Assembly: GCA_964035545.1 (NCBI GenBank) | Contig: OZ037767.1 | Coordinates: 3,421,680-3,485,679 of the forward strand | Source: Bugula neritina | Taxonomy: Eukaryota > Animalia > Bryozoa | Reading direction: 5' to 3' | DNA: 64,000 nt | Shown here: positions 11,602 to 24,700 of the stretch, in pieces | Position numbering within the stretch: the first letter of the stretch is position 1 | Layout of the letters: each line of letters starts with the position of its first letter | Translations under genes and position numbers: made by a program | Notes under the pieces: model-generated | The model's input: only the letters and a program-made list of their open reading frames with translations | What the model was told of the DNA's origin: nothing | Database searches by the model: none

Positions 11602-14600
11602 ATGGCTGCCAGAAACCGCGATGATATCATACGGCTAAATGGAATAGAGGCAGAGCGAAAAATCACTTTACCAATGTGTAAGACACACTTTGCCAAGCAG
11701 CCTATGAAAGTGCAGAAGGGAATGCAGCAGTACATATATGACGATGCTGGTCAGTAAAGCAACTTTTATTCTCTCTGCCTTTTGATCCGAACTAATTGAA
11801 ACTCGTACTCATGTTTTTTGAATGTTATAAAAGAGTAGTATAATTGCTTTTCGCTAAGTTGTGGCTGTGCGATGTCACCTTACAATAATATATTTATTTC
11901 GAAATACCCGCATAATCTATCTCTTTGTGTTTGACAGGCTCGGAGTATTTAGACTGCTGTGGTAACATCGCGCACGTCGGCCATTGCCATCCGAGAGTGG
12001 CGCACATGGGGAAGAAGCAGCTGGAAATCCTATGTACTGCTCAAGTATGCAGAAAACCTGTCCAAAATTTATTGCTGAGTAATAATAGTTTTTATTAATG
12101 TCGAGTCAATTCAAATCGTTATACAACTCTTTTGTAAGAGGGTAAATGCCAATACGTTTAGACTCCGCCCATGTATGCATCGCTACTGTAGCTGTTTGTT
12201 GTTAGGGGTGTTTTGAAGTCTTTGTTGAATGCCATATATCAAGTCTTCAACAGAAGTGCTCATCAACCGCTAAGACTTATAAATTGTTATAAATAGAAAT
12301 TTTTATTGCTTATGTAAGTTTTTCTCAATGGTTGTTGGAGTTGTCTTCTCTGATGCTATTATGTATAGTATGTACATATATACAACTTTTATATGCTTGT
12401 AAAAATACTTTCTAGGGGCTGGTTAGTAGCCATGCTATTCTCTTTACACGTTTGAAGCTAGCAATAATATAATATATTTTATTTAGTCAGTATAATTTTG
12501 TCATCTTTATGGAAATTTTCTGCAAATTAAATTATCTTTAATTGCTAATAATGTGTATAGCATCCTAACAATGAATGGCTGCTATGTTAGAGTTAGACAA
12601 AATATTTTCTAGCTCCATATGGGTCTGAAGTACAATTTTTATGAATAATTTGCTGAATATTTTCCGCAATATGCATGTGCATTATTTCATATTTTTTAGC
12701 TTTCAAAACAATAACATTTTAAGCATTTTCAATCCTAACTTTATTCCACTTTCACATTCTGGGTACATGATCATAATATTTTTTCTGCAGTCATCACTTT
12801 GCCTTTTGCCAGCCTAACTTCTATACAATCCTCAAGTCATATGTTAATAGCTGGCATGAATGAGCTTTAGAATATTAGGCATTGTGTTTGTTCGAAGTCA
12901 TGGAATGAATTGTAAAAATACATACAAAATATGTTTAACAAATCTCTCAAGTTTTTGTTACCCATCAACACAATATCTGTATTAGTAAAAGTAAATAAAA
13001 ATTAGGAAAGAGTTGACGTTGAAGCAATTCTTTTAACCCACTATTTTTTATTAAAATTTAAATTTTCATATGTAATTTATTATTTTCCTCTGCCATCAGC
13101 CACGTGGCTCTGCTGGTAGCTTCTTATGTGTTGTATTGACAGGGCTTTGTGACGGACGTACAGAGTAGTTACACAAAGAAGTTGTTAACCACTGTGCCTC
13201 CGGGTCTATTTGACACCGTGCTGCTTGTCAACTCTGGATCTGAGGCTGTAGATTTGGCTCTTAGACTAGCTCAAAATTACACAAAGCGAAAAGACATCAT
13301 ATGCAACCAGCCCAGTGTATTTGGCCATAGCAGTACATTAGCTAGCTTCAACTACCGGTATATCAAGGTAAGTCTGTTTTTATATTTCCTGGTGCTTTAT
13401 GTTGAAACACATTTATCAAAAGTAGTTCCAAAACTTTCATTTATTTAGTAAAGTAAGTTATATTGTATATTTCAAAGGGTTATGGAGGCAAAGTGAGTAT
13501 TGAATCAAATTTAAACTTGTAGTTTTGTTATAGATTATTTCCTTATTCAAGTGTTACTTACTCCTTTTCACTAGCTTAGCTTAGTTTCTGAAGTGAGTGA
13601 GCTGTTAATCTGCTTTTAAGTCAGTGGTCAAAGTATGGAGAAGGGAGGGGTACGTCCTAAAAAGTGACAGTAGTCTTAGTGTTAAATTATGCCATTTGGG
13701 TCACAGGCTACTCTGGCTCATGGAGTGGGGTGCCCGGGTAGACTGCCCTCTGTGCAAGTAGAAACAAATCGGAGTTCAATTTCTAACTTTAACTCAAAAT
13801 GTTAAATATTTTCAAAGCAAAGTAAACTAGAAAAAAGATTTTTATTGAATTGCACTTACTGTGAAATTTGAATAGAAATCAAGTAAAACAATTTTATTTG
13901 CACCACGTCTATTGGTTGTTGTTGGAGTTTTTTAAATAAAGTGATTTATTATGTTGATACTTATGACATTTATCTAAAATAATTTGTATCAACTTGAAAT
14001 TTCTAAAAATGAAAATAAATATATTAAAAAATATAACAGATGAAACAGCTCTTTGGGGTAGCTATATGAATAAATATCAATAAATTATAATAATAATAAT
14101 TTCCATATTTCAGCTTTTCTTAAACAATGTGAGAAACTTTTGACAAACTATTCCCGCCCCCATTATCAGAGAATTCGTGCAAGGGTGGGGGTTACTGTTA
14201 GGGTTAAGGGGATACCAGGACAAATGGTAAGGGTTTGAGGTACCCTTTCAAACCTCCTAACTTTGACCGCTGCTTTCAATGCTAATTTAAGCTCCATAGT
14301 TAGTCTGTTTGTGACAGTTTGCACTCGTATAGACTCACGCTGCTTAGTTTACAGTGTTTTCCTTGATTTTCTACTAGAGTTTTGTCATCCACTCCCCTCC
14401 CACTCCAAATGCATGTTATTAATGGTGTTCTGATGTATATTCTTAGCACACGGATTTCAAGCCTTATAGCTGGGTTCATCACATACCTATTTGTAACTCG
14501 TACCGAGGGGCGTATGCAGACTCCCCTACTCCAGTGGAAGATGCCCTGGCTCACATGAAAGATTTAATACTGGAGTTGGAGAAGAAGAAAACACCAGTAA

Positions 14601-17600
14601 GCATATGACGCATAGATGTTACAGAGCAGCTCAGACTATTGCTGGGCCATTTGTGATATTAGAAAATAATTAGTTCTCTGCTACAAGTAAAAGTACTCAA
14701 ACCATGTGACCAGCATGGTGAGAGGATTGAAATCTTCACTATCAGGGGTTCTCGCCATCAGGGGTTCTGGCAGGGGTGGAGAGATGAAACTGTTGAGGGT
14801 AAGGCAGGATATTTTCTGCCAGCAACAGATTATACTAAACCTCATCTCTGGCCATTATTTTGGTTCATTTAGATGTTTCATCTTCTGGCAGTTAAGTATG
14901 AATGACGTATCATAAATACCTAATAATTGGAACAGTTCAGTACATGAGTTCTCCACAGGGTATTACTGGGTAGGCAAGATGTGTGACTTTCTCCTAGTCC
15001 CAGTAAGTGCTGTCTAGCATATGCAGGTAGTGTGTTTGTAGTATCTCGTAGAGAGTAGTCATCTTAATTTAGACCAGTGACAGAGTACAAGAAGTAGTGG
15101 ATGGTGTCTGTATGTGTTGAGTGTCCTTTTTGTCTTTCTTCCACACCAGCTGCCAGTTTCACAATAGAACTTATAACATATAACCATATTAGGTGAAATT
15201 ATATTTGAGCATGCTCAAGGCATCAGCTGTGGTCTAGGGGCTAAAGCGTTTGCTTAGTAAACGCGAAGTCATGAGTTTGAAGCCGACAAAGGCCATTGGT
15301 GATGTTAGGAAGAGCATCTAGTTGATATATCTATCTTTCTACTCAGTAACCTCTATAGCTGTCAGTAAACCAACACATGAGTGTTTTATGTTATATTTCT
15401 TATTCAAGAATAAAATTATTAGTTGTACTATTATACGGAATCATGTACATTATTTATCGTGCAGCTGCACTTTTCTTGCTACAGCCTGAATATGACACCA
15501 TAGCACTAAAGTGCAAACTTTCTGGCTATTATAAGGTTGGTGAATAAATTATCTTGTTTGTGAAGCGGTGACAGTTTTTAGCCGCTAGGATTGTTCATTT
15601 TAGGTAGCTGGGTACCTGCTGGAAACGATCAACACGTCGGGTGGTAATCTCATATCCCCCATCGAGTACCTTACAGCCGCAACTAAACTGGTTAAAGATG
15701 CTGGAGGTCTGGTCATAGTGGATGAAGTACTGGTAAGTTTATACTCGCACGAGAAGTGATGACACTTACCACTGCTTTTTCTCTATGGTGTTTACTCTCA
15801 TGTGTTTACTATTAGAGGTGTGAGCTAACATTTTCAGCATCAACTAGGAATTGATAAATAACAAAATTGATTAAATCTACATAATATTTTTTGATCATTT
15901 GCTGGATAAGAAGCCAGTATGTCTGGCCAGGTTGACAGATAGCTTGGTAGTTATGGTAACAGTATGTAATACACATCATGTAATACACATCATGTAATGC
16001 ATCATGTAATATACATCATGGAACGCAACTAAGAATTTAATTAAAAATTGGCTTTTCCGTTTAACATGGGTAGTTATACTTTAAATAGAGTTATGCTATT
16101 GTGTATGACATACAAGTATAGAAAGTGATGTATATTCCTTTATATTAATGGCTCATTGTGCAACTGGATTAGCTAATTAAATTATCATTAATCATGAAAA
16201 GAAAAATGTAATAGAATGCATATCCTGGAGTTTGTAGCCCAGCTAGTGAGATTGTGCCTGCCATTCTTTTCAATTTCAATATTAATATAGCCTCAATTCT
16301 GCTCTTGCAGGCTGGGTTGGGACGATTAGGTATGCATTGGTGGCCATTCCAACATTTCAACTTCAAACCTGATATACTGGTGTGTGGAAGGTCCTTGGGT
16401 AATGGACAACCACTTTCTGCTGTCTTGACCACCCAAGCAATTGGTAAGTTTGTGGTGTAAGTGGAACCATCTAAGTTTATATAGTGTAAGTAAAGTGTAA
16501 GTAAAACTTTGAGAGATAAGGAATATTTTTTCAGCAAAAATAAAATCAATTTTTAATGAAATAAATTACAATTTAATTTCAAGAATTCACATTTTTTATT
16601 ATGCATTTCGTCATCTCTTTGTTGTTCTTATTCTCTCGTACATCAATTTCTCTACAAGTTAGAACAGTTGTACTGTTGACTATAGCATAATAACCATAGC
16701 ATGCTAGATGATTTCAACTGCCCTAATAGATGCGCTAGTAGAAATCTTGTAGAAAATGCTAGAAGAGCGGCTAGTAGAAGCTCGAGAGTCCAGTAGAATA
16801 CTAGTAGATGTCAATCAAACATTTTGTGCTTATGGTTTACTCACACGGCATCTGATAAAGTCTTTTTCAAATCAAATGTGAAAAGTTGAGAGATGAGGAT
16901 GAATATATTTGGATCGTTTAGCCTGCTCTATCTTGGAGTATGCCAACTCCTATGGAGGGAACCCGGTGTCTTGTGCCATGGGAATAGCAGTGCTGGATGT
17001 AATCAGTGATGAGGGCATGCTACTGAGCTCTACGGCTGTGGGTAACCACCTTAAGTCTGGCCTCACTTCTCTCATTAATAAACATCACAACCTCGGTGAT
17101 GTCAGGGGGATAGGACTCTCGCTTGTCCTTGACATAGTTGAAGCACAGGTAACCCATCTTTGGTTATATTAATTTTTTTCTTTTTTTTTCATTCATGAAA
17201 TATTTGAGTTTTTGGTCAAACGATAGTGCTAAGAGAAATTTAGTAAATTTGGTTGAGTACACAACTCCAAATAGCTAGTATACAAAGTATATACTTAGTG
17301 TACGATTATATGCATTGTGTACTATGCATTTTATACTAGCCTATATACTTTGTATATTATATAATATTGTGTATGTTATACACGTTAGTATATGCTTTAT
17401 TGTTTACTTTTTATAATATCTACATTGTACATAATATACTTTGTATACTATATACTCAGTATATTATGTACAATGTACACTCTGCACTAGAATATTCTAA
17501 ACTGGTTGGTATTGCAGACTTCTAAGAAGCCGTCAAAAGACATAGCGGAGAGGCTGTCATATTTGCTGAGAGATAAATATAAAATATTGGTTCCGGTTAG

Positions 17601-18728
17601 TTGAAGATTATTTTTTACCCAACAGACTATATGTTACATGTCGCTTCTTTTTTCTGCCGTCACTTTGTGATTATTCAAAAATTGCATTTAGATTTATCTG
17701 CTTATGTTGAAACTTATGGCAATTTATGTTGACTTCAGTTTTCACATTGTTAGGTATTTTGGTACTAAAACTGTTACACCTTTACACTAACAAGATTTTC
17801 AAAGCAATAGAGCACACAACTCCTAAAGTACCAACTTCATAATATCTTCTGCATATTTAGAAATGTTGTTGAAAAATATGTCCAGTGATTGAAGCTAATA
17901 ATTAACAGTCGGAAATGAATGCTAAAGTCAGTAGCGATTGGCTGAGATCCATACTCATCAACCAATGACTGGAGTCAGTAGCTAATAGCTGTTAGTTGAT
18001 TGGTTGATATTATTTAGGCTGATGGTCCTGATGGGAATTGTCTGTTCATTAATCCACCTCTTTGCTTCTCATTGGATAACTCTAGAAAACTGGTTCAGAG
18101 TGTAGACTTGGCTCTTACTGATGTTGAAAATGGCGTTACTGAGACCGTCAAATCCTTATATGAACTGAATGAAGAATTTCAGGTCTAGTGTTTTAGCTAT
18201 GTACATATACTCTAGTATTTACTGTAGTTTGGTGTGTACATACATTCTAGTATGTATGTACCTTGATATGTACTCTAGTATTTACTGTAAGTTGATAGGT
18301 ACATACTCCAGTATTTACTGTAAGTTGATAGGTACATATTATAGTATTTACTCTACCCTGATATGTACATAATCTAACATGTTTTCATTACCTTGATATG
18401 TACACAATTCTGTAATTTGAGTTGTATGGTGCAAGATGTATGAAATAAGATGCTATTATTTGGGTTTAAACTGCTAAGCATAGTTGTATTGTACGAGCTC
18501 AAGCTATAATGGCGTGTTCTTTGCTTCAGGTTTTCACTTTATGACTTTTCAGGAGTACTCTTACTGTACACACATTATTTACAGCTGCTGTTAAACAACA
18601 AATATTGTTGACTGATTTCTTAGATTCCCGGTGACATATTTGATGGGTTCATGAAGCGCCGTCCTAGTAGTTGTGACGATGACTCGGTTGCGAGTAAGAT
18701 GGCCAGAATAGAGCAGGAACTTGACTGA
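11602..18728 (+). CDS. ETNPPL/PHYKPL (AGXT2L)-like class-III aminotransferase-fold protein, ~488 aa, catalytic Lys replaced by Arg
   Basis: Exons 11602-11749, 11938-12044, 13143-13367, 14447-14596, 15604-15732, 16311-16443, 16922-17148, 17518-17595, 18018-18182 and 18624-18728 join in frame. Motifs: QYIYDDAGSEYLDC..NIAHVGHCHP, VNSGSEAVDLALRLA, DEVLAGLGR, PDILVCGRSLGNG, YGGNPVSCA, GDVRGIGL, ADGP..N.L.INPPLCF. The last exon is less certain because an in-frame GTC TAG follows 18182. Confidence 0.92.
15219..15325 (+). mobile_element. tRNA-derived SINE, truncated copy
   Basis: A-box TGGTCTAGGGG, gcttagtaaac, decayed B-box and ggtgatgttaggaagagcatctagt; aligns by eye with the copies at 50861 and 63522. 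Confidence 0.75.
15965..16022. repeat. Short 12-14 bp tandem repeat (tgtaatacacatca), ~4 copies
   Basis: Read directly from the sequence. Confidence 0.8.
18200..18410. repeat. ~33 bp minisatellite (gtacatactctagtatttactgtaagttgatag), ~5-6 degenerate copies
   Basis: Read directly from the sequence; explains ORF 18169-18372. Confidence 0.8.
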
Positions 18729-21700
18729 TGACTCATAGGACAGGGGTGGCAGCAATGATAATGTCATTCCATGAAACTGACAATGTCTTGTAACTAAGAA
18801 AAATAACCAATTTACTGTTTTTGGTGCATTAGAATATTCTAGTCTATAGTAGTTCAAGGTCATTTAACTGAAAATCAAGTTAGGGTTTAAAGTTGGCAAC
18901 TCATTCCCCAGTCATACGGCATTCAATATGGCTGTAGTTTTATTGTATAAATTTGGAAAAGGTTATATGCACAATGTCGTTTTATAATAGCTTTTGTTCT
19001 AAATTTCATTTTTTGTAATTTTTTTAATGACAGCACATTCATACTCATGTTATGCTGTTGAAGAGCATTTAATTCTTTTTCTCCAAAGCATTGATTAATC
19101 TCAAATTTGTGCATTTTTATTGTAAAATTATCCGCCACACTAAATAATAAGATTTATGTTATTTTATGTTGTATATTTGCAACTATAGTTGTGTATATAG
19201 TACGCTGTATAGTATTGTCTTTTATGTAAATGTTGAGAAGCATGTAACATGTTTTATTACAAATTTTTCATACTTTGAATTTATTAATGCTGAAGTATAT
19301 GGTGTAATTTTGCAATTTGTAAATTATCCAAATGAATTACTTTTTATTGCAATAAATGGTAGAATGGCATTTGACGGCGTTGGAGATGTTGACGAATTCA
19401 GCTAACAGTATTTCCAATGTTTTAATATTTCATTATGATCATTTTGCTCAGTGGTTTCAAAACAGCGAAGTGATTTCTCCATGAGACTTGTTGGGTCAGG
19501 GAAAATAAAATGCACTTTATACTCTCTATTCAACTATGTTATATTTCTCATGTTTTATCCCTACAGATTCCAGAGTTCTTCATACAACTTGATGTAACTG
19601 TGTCTCTATGATATGTGGTCACGAAATTTATTCAGCTGCGTTCTAATTAAAGGCTCCTAAATACCACTATTTCTATTGTAGATTTGTAAATTGTATATTT
19701 AAGACTATTGGTATCAATTTTCATTTTACAATGAACCCAACTGAGACCCTATTAAATTTCAAAGTCAAGGTAAAAAGTGCCTTGTATTTTATTTTAGGCT
19801 TTGGGTAAAAATGGTTATAAAATTATGTAGTGTGGTGGTGTGCCATTTTAAACTACAGTGCATGTACAGTAGGTTCGGGCGGTGCACCAGGATGACCTGG
19901 AAAACTGTACAGCTGCTATTTCTACTGCTGGAGTTATCCACTCTTGTGCTTCATGCCATAATTCCATTCTTGGGGAGTTATGTGCACCTGGATGATCTGA
20001 AAAACTCAAAGTTGTACCTGCCTGCAATATCAATAAAAGTATTATTTACTTTTATATAGTAATTTTCACAGTACGTAAGTGATTTTCTATCAACATCTTA
20101 TTTTAGTGCTGAAAGGAACACGTGTGCTAAATCAAGAGCAAGCGAAAGGATGTGTCATTGAGCATGCTCTTTAATAGTAAAACACCTACATATGTGCATG
20201 AAATTTGGCGTATATATTTTTTGTAAACTATAAATGCTCTAAATTTGCATACAAGAACTGTGAGCTTGATTTTATTAGATTTCTTCAAATGTACATCTTG
20301 AACTATAAATTCAACATTTATTTTACTCTTATCGCTATATTATTTGCTGTATAAGCTACATAAAAAAAGTATTTTCTCTGTTTTCCTGCATGTAATTTTT
20401 TGCCAACTTAAACGCAGTATTTAAGTAAGCGCCTTAAATAAGTTATATAAAACTTTGTAGGTTATTGACCTTATTTATTTAGGATTATCTGTTGTCACAT
20501 ATTAGCTCACTGTCAGCCACAGTATTACAGCAAAATTAATGTAGCCTGTTTTCCATTGAATATTTCACGAAAACAAAAAAAAAACCAATAATATATTGTA
20601 ACTACCATAAATACTAAAAGCTTATGCTCTGAGTTTATAATTAACTTATATTTCATCATCTGCACCTGTAAAGTAGTCGTGGAATGTGTAATTTCAAAAT
20701 ACAAGTAGATTAATATTCTTTAGTTCCAGTCATGAGCTCTTTCTTTATAATCATGTACGCTATAATAAGTAGCATTTACTGGTTAATCTATTACATTAAT
20801 ATAGATATACAAATGCGATGTATACGCATACAAATTATTTCAATAATCTGTTGTCACTGCTATTTTTAAAATAACCCATTGTGTCAATTGACTAAGTTGT
20901 ATTAGCACAATCAAAATGTATTGGTTATTCATTGGCTATCCATATCAATAAATAGCTGCACTGGTTAACCCATTCTCTATCATTGTTTTACGCCATCAAA
21001 TGTTTGAGCAGTGAAGTATTGAAGCTAATGGTGAAAGTAGCTGACAGTCTACAGTATCGTGTTATCAATAAACCATTTCTATTTGTTTGAGGGCTCGCAA
21101 CAGAATAAGCAGTTAGTTCTAACAAGACCCTAGTCAGTTATCTTTGACCGACTGATAAGTACTCAAATTAGTAGTGGAAAGGAATGCAGGATAACACAGC
21201 ACAAATCTGTAAGGAGCCGGATAGCTATAAGAAAGTATATGTAGTCTACAGCACCTACTAATAATAAGTTCACATCGACAGCTTCATATAAACAATCTCT
21301 AGCCACCCAGAGCTGACTGCACTCAAAGCATAAACATACCGATAGAGTGAAGTTGATGTACTCATTTTGGATTACATTCAGCTGATAGTCTGCAATTAAA
21401 ACAACCTACTTTCCAACCAGTTAAAGAAGGTCAGTCATTTTTACTTGTACATTTTTGTTGTAAGATTAATTTAATTAGGCAACTAGGACTAAATAAATGA
21501 TAAACTTAAAGAAAAACAAATTTATGTATATATAGTCATTTAAAGTTTATCATCTATTTAGTACTAGCTGCATAATTAGTTAATCTTATTGCAAAAATGC
21601 AAAAACAATTTTAGTGTTTTTATAATTTTGGGCATACTTATCCTACCCAGTTTAAAATGAATAGAAAATAAAAGATTGCCAGTGAATGATAATTGCAATT

Positions 21701-24700
21701 ATGTAATTTCCTGGCAAGGCAACAATTTCACCAAATGAACACACAGTACTAATACTGTTGTGTATCTAACAAATATTATTATGAGTAAAGGATGACTCTT
21801 TAAACAAAAAGGAATTCTCTTGCAGTGCTAATAGAAATATATATGTGACAGCAGGGTGTAAGATTAAACTCTGCTTTATTAATTGCTTCCCTTTCCAGTT
21901 GTAATCTCTCTGAGCAGTGAAATGAAGTAAGTATGGTGATTAAATTAGTTATTAAAGTACTGTATAAGTTTTCTAGGTGCAAGAAGTTCCGAGTACACCA
22001 ACTCTAACACATGTTACTCAGAACAGAAAACTCTTAAAGCTTTACTCTGTACAACCCAATTTATAAAAAAATAAAGCTGAAGCTATTCTATCTATGAATT
22101 AGACAGTTGCAGTATTATTTTTCAAACACATAAAGCTACTAATTAAAAAGTTGAACTCAGTAAACATAGAGTATTTTTGAGCTTGATAATTGATTCTCTT
22201 TAACAGCTACAAGAAAAGTTAAATTAGACGGAGTTAAGCGTAATATAAAAAACAGATTTAAAATTAAAATAATTGTCAACTTGAGATTTTATTAACCACA
22301 AAAAAGTGATTGAAACAATTTATTATTAGCTTAAATTTAGGTATAGAACGTTTTTCTTGCTTGCTCTTTATAATGCTTGCTAAGGAATTCACACAGAACG
22401 TTTCAACCCGATACAGTGTAAATAACATCAACTTTTCAGATGTGTTGTCTTTACCAGTTGTGTTTAGATAACATCTTGCTGTGCTACAGTTAGAATAAAC
22501 CTATCTAGACATGTCGTACAACTGCTGTTTGCTGATGCCTTTCATACTATTATAGACTCAGTATCGTCTTTTGTTTACAATATTTTTCTTGTTTTTTTCT
22601 ACCAAAGTCTTTCTGTTAGTGGCGCCATTAGTGAGTAATAGTGTTTTGTTCAGCCAACAAAAAGCTATGTATTATTACAATATGGCGGTGCTTATCTAAC
22701 AATGGGTCGGACTGTAAGTTCACCTTTCACACAATGGTCTGTGTACAGAGTTAATGTTAGTGTCAACTACCTATAAATAGAAACACGTTTGCCTGATGAA
22801 CATTTATTTGTTTGGGTCCTGCAGTTTTATTGATATCCAGTTACGAAATGGTACAGGCCACCCTGGACCATGCTAAATTATTAAAAAAGTTATAGAACAT
22901 GTGCAGTAGTCTGATTAAGCCACTCCACTATGACTCACTTCCAATCATACGGACAGCTGCGATCACCTTTGTTGGCAGCTACCAAAGACTATTAGTTATG
23001 TAATTAAACAATAGAAAATTTCTTAAGAGATTCATTTATTTAAAAACTATTATTATCCTCATATCATTCAGTTTATTCATTCTTTAGTAAATCTTCAATG
23101 AAAATTATCAAATTTCGTTTGTTGCACACAAAATCCTCAATTGATTGTGATAATAATAAATAGTAAAATTTTTAAACTAGAAAATGAAATCTTACATTGA
23201 ATTTCAATTTTCTTATAAAAAGTCAAGTTTATTACTATGGCTAGCTACTGCAAATTTAGAATTTACTAGCAAATATTAAACCTAAAGTCTCATTATCAGC
23301 TGATTGTTATTAATTATTAACTTTTTATAATTTGTATAATAAATTAAATACAAGTAAATAGTACAAAGATTCAATGTAAGCAAACATTGCAAAGGGTAAA
23401 GAATCATAAGTGTCAACAAAAAGCTATCGTAATGTTTTCCTGTAAAGTGTTTCTTATCCAGGACCTGCAACGAGTTGTTTGCAAAGAGTTTCTAGTGACA
23501 ATGTCTAGTGGTTTGCTTTTCCAGGATGGTATTTTTTGTTAATTGGTTTTCAAATGGATGGTGTAACATTCCACCTGCAGTATTCACTGTATAATTATAT
23601 TATCGACCATGAGAAATTCAAACAAGGCTAATGCTCTATCAATAGTAATGGTAGACCTTTTCTTCAAGCCGTCTTATTTCAGTCCTTGAAATATGAAGCC
23701 CGCTCTTTCATAGCCTACAAAAGCAACATTAGATTTTAATCACAGTTCACATTTCCATAACTGGGAGTTTGTCTAACATTTGCTACGGCAAATAAGCTCA
23801 CTTCTAGCTGCCTGACCGTGTGTAGCAAAAATTTCTCATCAGACTAGGGTGTTTATATTAATGAAGCAAAAACTTTGATTTGCCATAAGCATCCACTAAT
23901 GGGACCTTTATCATTAGTTAAATTTTAATTTAAAGAAACAAATCTCCAGTTTTAAAGTTTTATGAAGTAAACTATCTAAAGAAAAAACATTTTCTCTCGA
24001 GTTGATTATTATTAAAAATTGTAATATTAAATCAAATAATGATTGATATCATTTTATACAACATTTTTTTGAATTGAAATTAAGATTTTACTAATTACGA
24101 AACATTGACACACAAACGTACGGTTTTTGTCAGCTCTATAACAGCACAACCTTCAAATATTGAACACATCTTGATACTTTCAATTATACATATTAACATT
24201 AACCCAGATGATTCATTAACATAAAATTTGGACTACCAATGTGAGTAATCTAGACATCAGTGTTTATTTCAATTTATCAGTGAAATTTAGTCTTTAGTTA
24301 ACTCAATTTTGAAGCCGGTATTATGCTCAGAGTTGCATACGACACACTACACCATGTCTTCTGATTAAAATCAATGACTAATCTTATTCTATGCTAGTTT
24401 TTCCAATCACCCACTAGTAGCTTTGGAGATTGATTGTTAAACACATAACTCGTGACTACACTTTTAGACTAGCGTATTCATAGGTATAGCCTAAGGCCTA
24501 ACTCTTTAATAATAATTTTAAAACTGATACGCTTGATTAAGAAGTTTGTTGTTCAAGGTCATAGAGTAATTGCTTAATTAACACAATGGTTGTGCGGAAA
24601 TACATGCTTATTCATTACAAACTAATGATCAACCTAATGGCTTGTATACAATGAAGAGAGCTGAAATGTAACTCTAATCTCATATAATAATGCATAACCT

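Noticed and set aside
14180-14265. Telomere-like or G-rich patch (gttagggttaagggg) with a small inverted repeat
   Set aside because: Only one true TTAGGG unit; too short to call an interstitial telomere or an element.
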